Assembly (NCBI GenBank): GCA_944393725.1 | Contig: CALYBC010000009.1 | Span: 210,099 to 274,098 of the forward strand | DNA length: 64,000 bases | Source of the DNA: an uncultured Alphaproteobacteria bacterium | GTDB lineage: Bacteria; Pseudomonadota; Alphaproteobacteria; RF32; CAG-239 | Direction: 5' to 3' | Part shown: positions 19,798 through 30,040 of the stretch, piece by piece | Position numbering within the stretch: the first letter of the stretch is position 1 | Layout: every line of letters starts with the position of its first letter | Made by a program: the position numbers and the translations under genes | Notes under the pieces: model-generated | Seen by the model: the letters and a program-made list of their open reading frames with translations, nothing else | What the model was told of the DNA's origin: nothing | The model's database searches: none

Positions 19798-19816
19798 CAC
19801 AAACTGCCTTTTTTTT
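19782..19816. terminator. Bidirectional terminator shared by the hypothetical gene and mfd
   Basis: A7-GGCAGTT-AACACA-AACTGCC-T8. It overlaps both stop codons. Confidence 0.75.
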
Positions 19817-22800
19817 AATCTTTAAGAGCCGATATTTTGCTGATGTATTGTTTGATGGTGGCTATTCTGGCGGCATAAGATGAGAGATCTTTTTCAATAA
19901 ACAATCTTTGATCAGGTCTTACTTTTATGGCACCGAAAGAGGATATTATCAAATCCATCAACTTTTCTGGATTGGCGAAGGTATTATTCTTAAAGCCTAT
20001 AAGTACACCTTTGGCACCGGCATCGACACGGTCAATACCGGCTTTTTTGCACATGGTTTTTATTTCCACCGTGGTGAGTAAGTTTTCAACTTTGGGCGGT
20101 AAGTCGCCAAAGCGGTCAATCAGTTCTTCTCTGATATCGGCCAAGCCCTCTTTATCTTTAATATCACCAATGCGTTTATAAAGCCCTAACCTGATGCCTA
20201 AATCTCTGACATAGCTTTCGGGTATCATAATCGGTATGCCGGTTGAGATTTGCGGAGTCCAATCATTAGCGGTGGTATTATCTTCGCCGACCACGGCTCC
20301 GGAACGCAGACGCATAATTTCTTCTTCAAGCATATGTTGATAAAGCGAAATACCAACATCTTTAATATGTCCGGATTGTTCTTCGCCCAAAATATTACCG
20401 GCACCTCTGATATCCATATCATGACTGGCCAAAGAAAATCCGGCACCTAGGCTATCCATAGCCTGTAATATGCTCAAGCGACGTTCGGCTATCGGTTTTA
20501 GCTTGCGTTTGGGCGGAATAGTAAAATAAGCATAGCCGCGAACCTTGCTACGCCCTATCCTGCCTTTGAGCTGGTATAATTGTGCCAAACCGAACATATC
20601 GGCACGGTAAACAATCATGGTGTTTACTCTGGGCATATCAATGCCGGATTCAATTATGGTGGTTGAAAGCAACATATCGGCCTGCCCGTCGGCAAACTCA
20701 TTCATTACCTCTTCCAACTGCTTAACCGGCATTTGTCCGTGGGCTACCAATATCTTGATATCGGGCAACAAATCGTGCAACTCTTTTTCAACTTCGTGAA
20801 TATCAGAAACACGAGGGCAAACAAAGAAAGTCTGTCCGCCACGATATTTTTCACGATAAACCGCTTCTTTTATCATAACCTTATCAAACGGCATGACAAA
20901 CGAACGAGCTGCCAAGCGATCAACCGGCGGGGTGGCAATAACGCTCAAACTCTTTACTCCGGTTAGGGACAATTGCAAGGTTCTCGGTATCGGAGTAGCG
21001 GTTAAGGTTAGGACATGAACATCGGACTTGATTTGTTTTAATTTTTCTTTGTGAGCTACGCCAAAATGTTGCTCTTCATCAATAATCAACAAACCCAAAT
21101 TGCAAAATTCTATTTTTTCAGATAGCAAAGCGTGCGTACCGATAACAATCTCTACGGCTCCGTCTTTCAGTCCTTGCTTGGTTTCGCGAGCTTCTTTCGG
21201 TGTTACCAAACGCGAAAGCATTTTCACCTTAATCGGAAAACCTTCTAAACGAGACTTAAAATTTTGATAGTGTTGACGGGCTAATAAGGTTGTCGGCACA
21301 ATTACCGCGACTTGAGCTCCGGAAGCCGCAACGGCAAAAGCCGCCCGCAGAGCAACTTCGGTCTTGCCAAAACCGACATCTCCGCAGACTAATCTATCCA
21401 TGGGAATAGCAGCATTCAAATCGGCCAAAACATCGGAAATGGCATTTAGTTGGTCATCGGTTTCATTATATGGAAATCTGGCACAAAAATCGTCAAACAT
21501 TCCTTGCGGCGGAGTAAAGCAATCGGCTTTTTTAAGGTGTCTTTCGGCGGCAATTTTAATTAATTTTTCGGCTATATCACGAATTTTGGCCTTAACTTTG
21601 GCTTTTTTGGCCGCCCAAGCCGCTCCGCCTAACGAATCAAGCTCGATATTATCGTCATCGACGCCATAGCGTGATAAAACATCAATATTTTCTACCGGAA
21701 CAAATAGTTTGGCATCATTGGCATACATTATTTTAAGGCAATCGTGCGGAGCTCCGCCGACGGTGATATTTTCAAGCCCCATAAATCTGCCGATACCATG
21801 TTCTATATGAACCACCAACTCGCCGACATTGAGAGATGAAACATCGGCAATAAAGTCTTTGGAGGTAAATTTCTTTTGTTTGCGACGGTTTTGCTTTTCG
21901 CCCAAAATATCTTGCTCGGAAATCAGGCAATATCCCTCGCCCTTAAAGCCGTGTTCCAAAGGCATTACGGTCAACACGACCTTATCTTTGGATTTTTGCA
22001 AGGCTTCGGCCCAGTTTTCGGCAAAGGTCAAATCCGGTATTTCAAATTCGTTCATCAACGAAAATATGCGTTCACGGCTGCCGGCAGAATAACAGGCAAT
22101 AATGCGTTTTAACTTTTTATTTTCACTCAAATAATTTTTAAGTTCGACATAAACCTCTCCGGCGGCAATATTTTTGGCAGACGAGAAATTACGAACCGGC
22201 AAAACTTGACAGTTGATGACATTGGTAGTTTGCGGAATACTTAAAGATGTTAGTGTAACACAATGTTTTTCTTTTATTATTTTTACAAATTCTTTTTCAC
22301 TGAGATACAACAGTTCCGGCTTTATCGGGCGATAACATTCCTCTTCGGCAGCCGATTTTATGCTCAAGGCATCTAATCTGGCCTGATAATAGTCGGCAAT
22401 GCTGTCGGCCTTGGATAATGCCGCCTCTTCAACTTTATCGGAAACCACAATCCCTGGTTGCGGCAAGTAATCAAACAAAGTCGGCAGTGCATCTTCGTAG
22501 AAAAACGGCAGCCAGTTTTCAACACCAATATATTTTCTGCCGTTGGAAACAGCCTCATATATCTCATCGCCGTTAAAATCGGCTCCGAAAGCTTCGCGAT
22601 ATTTGGAACGGAAAGTCTTTATGGTGTTGGCGTCAAGCACAACCTCGCTCATTATTTTGAACTGATAAGATTTTAGCTCGCCGGTGGTGCGTTGGCTCAT
22701 AACATCGAATTTGCGAATGCGCTCTACTTCGTCATCAAACAAATCTATTCTCAGAGGCTCGTCGGTTCCAACCGGAAAAATATCGATAATATCGCCTCTG

Positions 22801-23288
22801 ACGGCGTATTCTCCGGGCTCATAAACTTGAGCCACACGATTATAGCCATTAATAGAAGCATAATGGAGAAAATCATCAAAATTCAACTTACTACCAACCG
22901 AAACTTCACGCATTGAGTTAAGAAAAATTTTGCGGGGTGGCAGCTTTTGCAACACCGCACCGACCGAAGTTACTATAACTCTCGGTTGTTTGGCGTGAGG
23001 ATTTTGGGCCAGCTCAGACAAGCAATCAATTCTTTGGGAAATTATGGCAGGACTGGGAGAAACCCTGTCATAAGGAACAGTATCCCAGGCCGGAAACCGC
23101 AAAACCTTAAATTCGGGGCGTAAATACTCAAGAATTGACGCAACATTGGATAATTCGACACCGTCGGGAGCAATGTAGATAATATCTGTTGAAGAATTGA
23201 GGGCAAAATTTTCAAGTAAAAACGCCTCAAATCCTCTGGCTACCGAAGAAAATGTCGTGTCTTGAAAGCGCAAAATGTCGTATTTCAT
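19815..23288 (-). CDS. mfd: Transcription-repair coupling factor
   Basis: 1157 aa with superfamily-2 helicase motifs (GDVGFGKTEVA, DEEQHFG, TATPIPRT) and an Mfd-type N-terminus and C-terminus. Confidence 0.95.
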   Translation of the reverse strand: MKYDILRFQDTTFSSVARGFEAFLLENFALNSSTDIIYIAPDGVELSNVASILEYLRPEFKVLRFPAWDTVPYDRVSPSPAIISQRIDCLSELAQNPHAKQPRVIVTSVGAVLQKLPPRKIFLNSMREVSVGSKLNFDDFLHYASINGYNRVAQVYEPGEYAVRGDIIDIFPVGTDEPLRIDLFDDEVERIRKFDVMSQRTTGELKSYQFKIMSEVVLDANTIKTFRSKYREAFGADFNGDEIYEAVSNGRKYIGVENWLPFFYEDALPTLFDYLPQPGIVVSDKVEEAALSKADSIADYYQARLDALSIKSAAEEECYRPIKPELLYLSEKEFVKIIKEKHCVTLTSLSIPQTTNVINCQVLPVRNFSSAKNIAAGEVYVELKNYLSENKKLKRIIACYSAGSRERIFSLMNEFEIPDLTFAENWAEALQKSKDKVVLTVMPLEHGFKGEGYCLISEQDILGEKQNRRKQKKFTSKDFIADVSSLNVGELVVHIEHGIGRFMGLENITVGGAPHDCLKIMYANDAKLFVPVENIDVLSRYGVDDDNIELDSLGGAAWAAKKAKVKAKIRDIAEKLIKIAAERHLKKADCFTPPQGMFDDFCARFPYNETDDQLNAISDVLADLNAAIPMDRLVCGDVGFGKTEVALRAAFAVAASGAQVAVIVPTTLLARQHYQNFKSRLEGFPIKVKMLSRLVTPKEARETKQGLKDGAVEIVIGTHALLSEKIEFCNLGLLIIDEEQHFGVAHKEKLKQIKSDVHVLTLTATPIPRTLQLSLTGVKSLSVIATPPVDRLAARSFVMPFDKVMIKEAVYREKYRGGQTFFVCPRVSDIHEVEKELHDLLPDIKILVAHGQMPVKQLEEVMNEFADGQADMLLSTTIIESGIDMPRVNTMIVYRADMFGLAQLYQLKGRIGRSKVRGYAYFTIPPKRKLKPIAERRLSILQAMDSLGAGFSLASHDMDIRGAGNILGEEQSGHIKDVGISLYQHMLEEEIMRLRSGAVVGEDNTTANDWTPQISTGIPIMIPESYVRDLGIRLGLYKRIGDIKDKEGLADIREELIDRFGDLPPKVENLLTTVEIKTMCKKAGIDRVDAGAKGVLIGFKNNTFANPEKLMDLIISSFGAIKVRPDQRLFIEKDLSSYAARIATIKQYISKISALKD

Positions 23289-23384
23289 ATTTTTTAGTTT
23301 CTTTATTGTTTACTTGCTTTTTGTTTATATATACAATACATAAAAGTTTATGCAAGTCATATTTAACGATTGGGAACCTCTTTA

Positions 23385-25466
23385 ATGCGTCCGGAAATAC
23401 TATATCCTGTTTTTGCCGAGATATCTTCTCTTAAAGGAATAGGAACAAAAACCGTAAAACTACTAAATAACCTTTTGGGCGGCAATAAAATAATTGATCT
23501 CTTATTACACCTGCCCAGCAATGTGGTTGACCGCTCTTATCGCCCCAAACTAAAAGATGCAATTCCGGGGAGAATTTGCACCATAAAAGCGACGGTAGTT
23601 GAACATATTCCGCCAAAGTCGCGTAATCAGCCCTACAAAGTTGTTCTTGATGACGGAACTGAGCAAATCACTCTGATATTTTTTAAGATTTATGCCGATT
23701 CAATTGCTAAAAATCTGCCGCTTGGGGCAACTCGTATCATCAGCGGTAAAATTGATGTATTTAACGGCCGCTTACAAATGACACATCCGGATTATATTGT
23801 CGCCGAAACAGATGCTTATAAAATTCCTTCATTTGAAACCATCTATCCCCTAACTGCCGGAATTTCCACCAAAATGCTCAACAAATACATGGAACAAGCT
23901 CTTGCTTTACTCCCTAACCTTCCGGAATGGTTAGATGAAAAATTTGTAAAACAGCACGAATGGGATAATTTCAAATCTGCGCTTACTAAAGCCCATAATC
24001 CAAAATATAAATCGGACTTAGAGCCTTACTCCAAGCATATTTCACGCTTGGCATATGACGAATTGCTGGCTAATCAACTCGCTTTAGCCATTGTCAGAGA
24101 AAGAGTGCGTAAACAGGCCGGATTAGTTATTAAAGGGAATGGACTGCTTAGAAAAAAACTTTTGGAAAAGCTTCCGTTTACCCTTACTAATGCGCAAAAA
24201 AATGTTTTGGCCGAAATTTATACCGATCAGGCCGATGCTTTCCGTATGCTTCGCTTGGTACAAGGTGATGTCGGCTCGGGCAAAACCATCGTTGCCTTGT
24301 TTGCCATGCTCAACGCTATAGAAGCCGGAATGCAGGCCGCGATTATGGCTCCTACCGAAATCTTAGCCAAACAACATTTTGAAACTATTGCGCCTTTATG
24401 TGAAGATATAGGAGTTAAAACCGCACTTCTTACCGGAAAAACCAAGACCAAAGAACGCAGACAGATATTAGAAGATTTATCTCTCGGCAAAATTAACATA
24501 CTTATCGGAACCCACGCCCTATTTCAAGATGATGTTACATACAAAAACTTGGGCTTGGCCGTGGTTGATGAGCAACATCGCTTTGGGGTTCATCAAAGAC
24601 TTAGTCTTTCTAACAAAGGAAATAAATCCGATGTATTGGTAATGACGGCAACCCCTATTCCCAGAACTTTACTTTTGACGGCATACGGCGATATGGAATA
24701 TTCTAAAATCGACCAGCTGCCGGAAGGTCGCAAGCCGGTTGATACCAGAGTTTTGCCGGTTACAAAACTAAATGAAATCGTGGCCGCACTTAAACGAAAA
24801 TTAGATGAAGGTACTCGAGCCTACTGGGTTTGCCCGTTGGTTGAGGAATCCGAAAAATCAGACTTAGCCGCCGCCGAAGCCAGATTTGCCGATTTGCAAA
24901 AAATATTCGGTGACAAAGTCGGCTTGGTACACGGTAAAATGAAGGAAAAAGAAAAAGATGCCGTTATGGAGAAATTTAAGAACGGCGAGCTCAATCTCTT
25001 GGTGGCAACAACCGTAATTGAAGTCGGGGTTAATGTGCCGGAGGCAACCATTATGGTGATTGAACATGCCGAAAGATTTGGTCTGTCGCAACTGCACCAA
25101 TTACGCGGGCGGGTTAAAAGAGGTATTAATCCGGCAACCTGTCTGTTGCTTTATTCTTACCCGTTGAGCGAAACAGCCAGAGAAAGACTTAATATTATGA
25201 AGCAAACCGAAGACGGCTTTATTATAGCCGAGAAAGATTTGGAATTACGCGGCGGCGGTGAAATTTTGGGAACCAAACAAAGCGGATTTGCTAATTTTAA
25301 AATCGCTGATATGGAGTATCACAAAAATCTTTTGGTCATTGCCAATCAAGATGCCAAGCTCATACTCAACAAAGATCCTAACCTCCAATCTCCTCGCGGA
25401 CAGGCCTTGCGGGTTTTGCTTTATTTGTTTGAAAAAGATGATGGTGTGAGAACCTATAAAGCCTAA
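23385..25466 (+). CDS. recG: ATP-dependent DNA helicase RecG
   Basis: Wedge domain plus helicase motifs (GDVGSGKT, DEQHRFG, TATPIPRT). ATG 23385 (MRPEILYP) matches typical RecG N-termini. The track's TTG 23370 is less likely. Confidence 0.93.
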   Translation: MRPEILYPVFAEISSLKGIGTKTVKLLNNLLGGNKIIDLLLHLPSNVVDRSYRPKLKDAIPGRICTIKATVVEHIPPKSRNQPYKVVLDDGTEQITLIFFKIYADSIAKNLPLGATRIISGKIDVFNGRLQMTHPDYIVAETDAYKIPSFETIYPLTAGISTKMLNKYMEQALALLPNLPEWLDEKFVKQHEWDNFKSALTKAHNPKYKSDLEPYSKHISRLAYDELLANQLALAIVRERVRKQAGLVIKGNGLLRKKLLEKLPFTLTNAQKNVLAEIYTDQADAFRMLRLVQGDVGSGKTIVALFAMLNAIEAGMQAAIMAPTEILAKQHFETIAPLCEDIGVKTALLTGKTKTKERRQILEDLSLGKINILIGTHALFQDDVTYKNLGLAVVDEQHRFGVHQRLSLSNKGNKSDVLVMTATPIPRTLLLTAYGDMEYSKIDQLPEGRKPVDTRVLPVTKLNEIVAALKRKLDEGTRAYWVCPLVEESEKSDLAAAEARFADLQKIFGDKVGLVHGKMKEKEKDAVMEKFKNGELNLLVATTVIEVGVNVPEATIMVIEHAERFGLSQLHQLRGRVKRGINPATCLLLYSYPLSETARERLNIMKQTEDGFIIAEKDLELRGGGEILGTKQSGFANFKIADMEYHKNLLVIANQDAKLILNKDPNLQSPRGQALRVLLYLFEKDDGVRTYKA

Positions 25467-25849
25467 ATTTCTTCGAGTTTACGAGAGATGTATTCCAACT
25501 TTTCGGCGGATAATTTGCGGCCGGAAATGACTTCATTAAAAACTTCTCTTATCTGCGGAGCATATTTTTTACGCGATTTAGCTATTAGAGTTAAATGATT
25601 GGCCGCGGCCTTAAATATTTGCTCTTCATCAGCTAACAACTGAGCGGCAAGCTCTAAATAAGGCGGAGTATAAGTATTGTGACGAAGATTCTTGATATGG
25701 CGATAGGCTTCGTCTTGAATATCGGCGGCGGCAAAGGCCGATACATTTTCGTCTTTAACCTTGCCGTGCCAAGAAAAACGCCGTTTGGTCTTGGCCACGA
25801 TGCTCTTCAATTTATTTAAAATCGATTTTTTATTCTCATACCCGCTCAT
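25463..25849 (-). CDS. Hypothetical protein
   Basis: 128-aa helical ORF convergent with recG (4-nt overlap). No family recognised. Confidence 0.4.
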   Translation of the reverse strand: MSGYENKKSILNKLKSIVAKTKRRFSWHGKVKDENVSAFAAADIQDEAYRHIKNLRHNTYTPPYLELAAQLLADEEQIFKAAANHLTLIAKSRKKYAPQIREVFNEVISGRKLSAEKLEYISRKLEEI

Positions 25850-25969
25850 GGTTCCTCCACTATGTTTGCTTCTTGATTATGTAAGTATAAATATTATTTT
25901 ACAAGTTAAATATTAAACTTGATTTAAGAAAAATATTTGGCAATACTAATCTAGAGTTTTAACTTCGGG

Positions 25970-26920
25970 GTGTTTTTCATGATATTATATAAACGCAGCA
26001 AAAAAGGTAATTTACGCGAAATTACCATCTTGGGTCATACTTTTTCTTATAATAAAAAGCCTAAAATGCCGCCGCATATTGATAAAGGTAAAGTTTTGCA
26101 AAAAATTATCAATTTTGATGCCATCGGAATAAATGCAGACAAAAGACCGACCAAGGTTGTTGTGTCGCTGACTTCTTTTCCCGAAAGAATATACGAAATT
26201 CATTATACATTATATTCCCTGTTGACCCAGAGTTTTAAGCCTGATGAAGTGGTTTTGTGGCTGGCAGAAGAGCAGTTTCCAAATAAAGAACAAGATTTGC
26301 CGCCTGCAGTGCTTAACCTGCAAAAAAACGGGCTGACTATTAAATGGTGCAATGATTTGCGTTCGTATAAAAAATTAATCCCGACACTGCAAGAATTTCC
26401 CAATGATATTATCGTTATTGTTGATGATGATGTATATTATCCCGAAAATTGGCTGGAAAAACTTTATAAACAGCACCTCAAAACTCCAAACTGCGTTATC
26501 GGACATCGGTGCCATCAAATAACTTTGGATAAAAACGGATACCCTAAGCCATATAAACAATGGAAGAAAAACTACACCCTCACCAAACCGTCATTTAGAA
26601 ACTTTTTAACCGGTTGCGGTGGTGTCTTGTATCCGCCACATTCGTTATATAGAGATGTTGCCGATGTAAAAAAATTCAAGGAGCTTGCTCCTTATGCAGA
26701 TGATATCTGGTTTTGGGCTATGAGCGTATTAAATAATGTTAAGATTAGAACTTTTTGGGGACGTATGCGTAAAGTGCTTTTGGTTAACCCTGAACGCGAG
26801 ATGCGGACAACCGAAGAGCTGACCCTTACCAAGCTTAATATTGAACAAGACGGAAACAACAAACAAATGGCCGCGGTTATTGCCGCTTATCCGCAAATAT
26901 TGGAAAAATTGAAGGATTAA
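25970..26920 (+). CDS. Putative glycosyltransferase
   Basis: VVVSLTSFPERI and IVIVDDDVYYP (DxD-like) motifs typical of capsule/LPS glycosyltransferases. Start is GTG 25970 or ATG 25979. Confidence 0.5.
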   Translation: MFFMILYKRSKKGNLREITILGHTFSYNKKPKMPPHIDKGKVLQKIINFDAIGINADKRPTKVVVSLTSFPERIYEIHYTLYSLLTQSFKPDEVVLWLAEEQFPNKEQDLPPAVLNLQKNGLTIKWCNDLRSYKKLIPTLQEFPNDIIVIVDDDVYYPENWLEKLYKQHLKTPNCVIGHRCHQITLDKNGYPKPYKQWKKNYTLTKPSFRNFLTGCGGVLYPPHSLYRDVADVKKFKELAPYADDIWFWAMSVLNNVKIRTFWGRMRKVLLVNPEREMRTTEELTLTKLNIEQDGNNKQMAAVIAAYPQILEKLKD

Positions 26921-26923
26921 AAA

Positions 26924-27880
26924 ATGTCGAAAATTACTATCGCCTACGCTCCGGACAAAAACTTTGTTCCGCTTACTTTGGTTTCTATGGCCTCGGTACT
27001 CAGTAATGCTCGCAAAAATGACGAGATTGAGTTTGTTATTATGTACGCAGATTTAGAAGATAAATATCTGCAAACATTTGACAACCTGCAATCAATAAAA
27101 ACATACTCGCTTAAAACCCTCAAGGTCGATACCAAAATTTTTGATGGTTTTCCCTGCCCTAACTGGGTAACTATGGAAGCTTGGTTTCGTTGTTTGCTGG
27201 CCGATTTATTGCCAGATAACGAAAGAGTTTTGTATCTGGACTGCGACACTATAGTCAGAGCTTCGTTACATCCGCTGTTTGAGCTTGATTTAGGAGATAA
27301 TCTGGCCGGCGTTATTGAAGACTCCTCACTATCAAAACAAAAAGCTCAAAATATTGCTTTGGAAGATAACTTTTATTTTAATTCCGGTGTTATGCTGATA
27401 AACCTGAAAGCTTGGAGAAAATGCGACTTTTTTGCCAGACTTAAAGATATCGTAATGAAAGACAGCAAAATCAGTAACGATCAAGATGCCCTAAACAAAG
27501 CTTGTGACGGACTTAAGTATCGCTTATCGCCCAAATATGACTACATGCATGTTTGGTGGAGAAAAAATGTTTCGCAATATGATGAAAGTTATCAAAAAGA
27601 GTTTATAAAAGCTGAAGAAAATCCGGTGATTGTCCACTTTACCGGTATAAAACCCAATAATCCGGCCTGTAAAAATAAATTCACTCCTGAATTTAGGCAA
27701 TATGCCGCTATGGTTCCGGCTTATGATGTCTTGCAAAAAGAAATCGGACTAAAAGATGCCGGAAAAGGACGAGAAAAGCTTCCCTTAATCAAAAGAATAT
27801 TCTCTATCGAAACCTCTACCGACCGCAAAAGGAAGTATATAAACATCCTTGGTTTTACTTTTAAAATAAAAGTTAATTAG
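26924..27880 (+). CDS. Glycosyltransferase family 8 (LPS alpha-glycosyltransferase-like)
   Basis: YLDCDTIV (DxD), FNSGVMLINL, DQDALN and HFTGIKP motifs. Confidence 0.8.
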   Translation: MSKITIAYAPDKNFVPLTLVSMASVLSNARKNDEIEFVIMYADLEDKYLQTFDNLQSIKTYSLKTLKVDTKIFDGFPCPNWVTMEAWFRCLLADLLPDNERVLYLDCDTIVRASLHPLFELDLGDNLAGVIEDSSLSKQKAQNIALEDNFYFNSGVMLINLKAWRKCDFFARLKDIVMKDSKISNDQDALNKACDGLKYRLSPKYDYMHVWWRKNVSQYDESYQKEFIKAEENPVIVHFTGIKPNNPACKNKFTPEFRQYAAMVPAYDVLQKEIGLKDAGKGREKLPLIKRIFSIETSTDRKRKYINILGFTFKIKVN

Positions 27881-27897
27881 CAATAATACGGCTGAAG

Positions 27898-28860
27898 TTA
27901 AAATTTCATCCTTATTCCCAAAATGGTTAGCTCATATACTTTGCCGTTATACCCCAAAGAAAACAACTGTCTTAAAAAGGTTTTTTCTTTGGTGTAAGAT
28001 GCAAATTTTTTATATATATCTGCGGGCATAATTGATTTACATTTTGCTTTATATTCATCAATATTTTCTTTGGGTAATTTACGATAATGAATGGTTAACA
28101 ATCCCAATGCGCAATTCCAAAAATCGTCTTCTACTGTCGGGTATATATTTTCTGTTTGTAAAAATCTCAAGGTATCATTGATAAAATCGGGAACCGCTAA
28201 ATTAACTGATGATTTTTTATGTGTTATGGAGCTTTTGCGATGAAGATAGTTATATAACGGCTGGTTAATATATATTATTTTTTTGGCATGATATCTTACC
28301 GAAACCGAAAAAATTAAATCTTCACAACAATAGCCTTCCGAAAATAATATATTATTATTTTTGAGCAGCTGAGCCGAGCAAAATTTATTCCACGCCGCAG
28401 AAACACCTCTGAATATTATGGGGAAATTTTGAGATATATCTGTTATTTCCTGCTCATAAAAATTATTTTTCAACTGTTTTTTATTGCGCCCCTCTTCGTG
28501 TACCATGATAGCATATTCTACTAAAGTGGCTCCCGTTTCTTTTGCCTTGTTGTAAAGAATTTCACAGGCATTGGGCGCCAACCAATCATCAGGATCACAA
28601 AAAGCAATATATTCCCCTTTTGCTGCCTTAATACCATTATTTCTGGCAACTCCGGGACCTGAATTTTGTTGATTAATTATTTTGATTCTGTCATCTTTTG
28701 CCGCATAATTTTCCAATATTTGCAGAGAATTATCTGAACTTTCATCATTTACGCAAATAACCTCAATATCTTGCAGAGTTTGTGCGAGCAGAACATCCAA
28801 GCATTTGGGTAAATATTTTTCTACATTATAAATCGGCAATATCACTGATACTTTAGTCAT
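27898..28860 (-). CDS. Glycosyltransferase family 2
   Basis: VSVILPIYNVEKYL...VICVNDESSDNS and CDPDDW motifs. Confidence 0.8.
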   Translation of the reverse strand: MTKVSVILPIYNVEKYLPKCLDVLLAQTLQDIEVICVNDESSDNSLQILENYAAKDDRIKIINQQNSGPGVARNNGIKAAKGEYIAFCDPDDWLAPNACEILYNKAKETGATLVEYAIMVHEEGRNKKQLKNNFYEQEITDISQNFPIIFRGVSAAWNKFCSAQLLKNNNILFSEGYCCEDLIFSVSVRYHAKKIIYINQPLYNYLHRKSSITHKKSSVNLAVPDFINDTLRFLQTENIYPTVEDDFWNCALGLLTIHYRKLPKENIDEYKAKCKSIMPADIYKKFASYTKEKTFLRQLFSLGYNGKVYELTILGIRMKF

Positions 28861-29025
28861 AAAACACCATTATATTTCTTATACGACCTTGCTTGTAATC
28901 CTATAGTAATACACTTATTTTTTCAACATGATTATTTATTTTGTTATTGCTTTTATTTTATCGTTTGATTTACATGTTTTAATGTATACTATTGTATTGT
29001 TTTTAATCATTTTACGAGATTTGTT

Positions 29026-30024
29026 ATGATGCCAGATATATCCATTATCGTTCCGGTATACAAAGTTGAAAAATTTTTATTACCTTGTCTTAACTCCATA
29101 AAAAATCAATCATTTCATAATTTTGAAGTTATTTGTGTCGATGACGGAAGCCCGGATAACTGCGGAACAATATTAGATAATTATGCTAAAACAGATGCTC
29201 GTTTTAAGGTTATACATAAAGTAAACGGCGGACTTTCTTCGGCTCGTAATACTGCTGTACCATTTTTAAATGCACCATATACCTTGTTTTTAGATTCTGA
29301 TGATGCTTTGCACCCGCAAGCCCTTGAAATTATGTTGCACTATATTAATAAAATAAATGCTGATGTCTTTTGGTTCGACAGCATAACATTTTCTACAAAT
29401 TTTCCATCATATGAAATTATTGATACAACCAGACTAAAAGATATAGAAACTTTTAATAATCCATTTGAACTATATGTTCTTAAGAAAAAAACAAATAACC
29501 GCAAAAAATTAAAAATAAACGGAGTGGTATGGAACAAAATATATAAAACCGAATATATACAAAATACTCCTTTTGAAGAAGGTCTTTCTCCCGGAGAGGA
29601 TAATCTGTTTACTTTTGATATTATGACACAAATAAGTCGTATTGCTCATATTCCATATGGTTTGTATTTTTATCGCATAAACCCTTCATCAATTATGAAC
29701 ACTTTCAACCAAGAAAAATATAAAATAAATATCCGAAAAGAAGTTAACGGATATGTTAAACTGCAAAATAAATACTTGAATTCCGATATATCTGATAAAA
29801 AGAAAGAAGCTATAAAACGGTTTACAGCAACTTTTTTCTTCAAAAATGTCATAAGGTTTTACGGAAAACATCTTGGCAATATGACCAAAGAAGAAGCTGC
29901 TTATATAAAAGAAGCCATTGCCTCAGGTCAGTTCAACTTTAAAAAGATGAAGTTATCTCACCGCTTGCAAATGTTCTACTACCTAAAAATAAAACCAATA
30001 CTTTTAGGCAAGAAATTTTTCTAA
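29026..30024 (+). CDS. Glycosyltransferase family 2
   Basis: ISIIVPVYKVEKFL...VICVDDGSPDNC and LDSDD motifs. Confidence 0.8.
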   Translation: MMPDISIIVPVYKVEKFLLPCLNSIKNQSFHNFEVICVDDGSPDNCGTILDNYAKTDARFKVIHKVNGGLSSARNTAVPFLNAPYTLFLDSDDALHPQALEIMLHYINKINADVFWFDSITFSTNFPSYEIIDTTRLKDIETFNNPFELYVLKKKTNNRKKLKINGVVWNKIYKTEYIQNTPFEEGLSPGEDNLFTFDIMTQISRIAHIPYGLYFYRINPSSIMNTFNQEKYKINIRKEVNGYVKLQNKYLNSDISDKKKEAIKRFTATFFFKNVIRFYGKHLGNMTKEEAAYIKEAIASGQFNFKKMKLSHRLQMFYYLKIKPILLGKKFF

Positions 30025-30040
30025 GAGCATTATAATTTAG

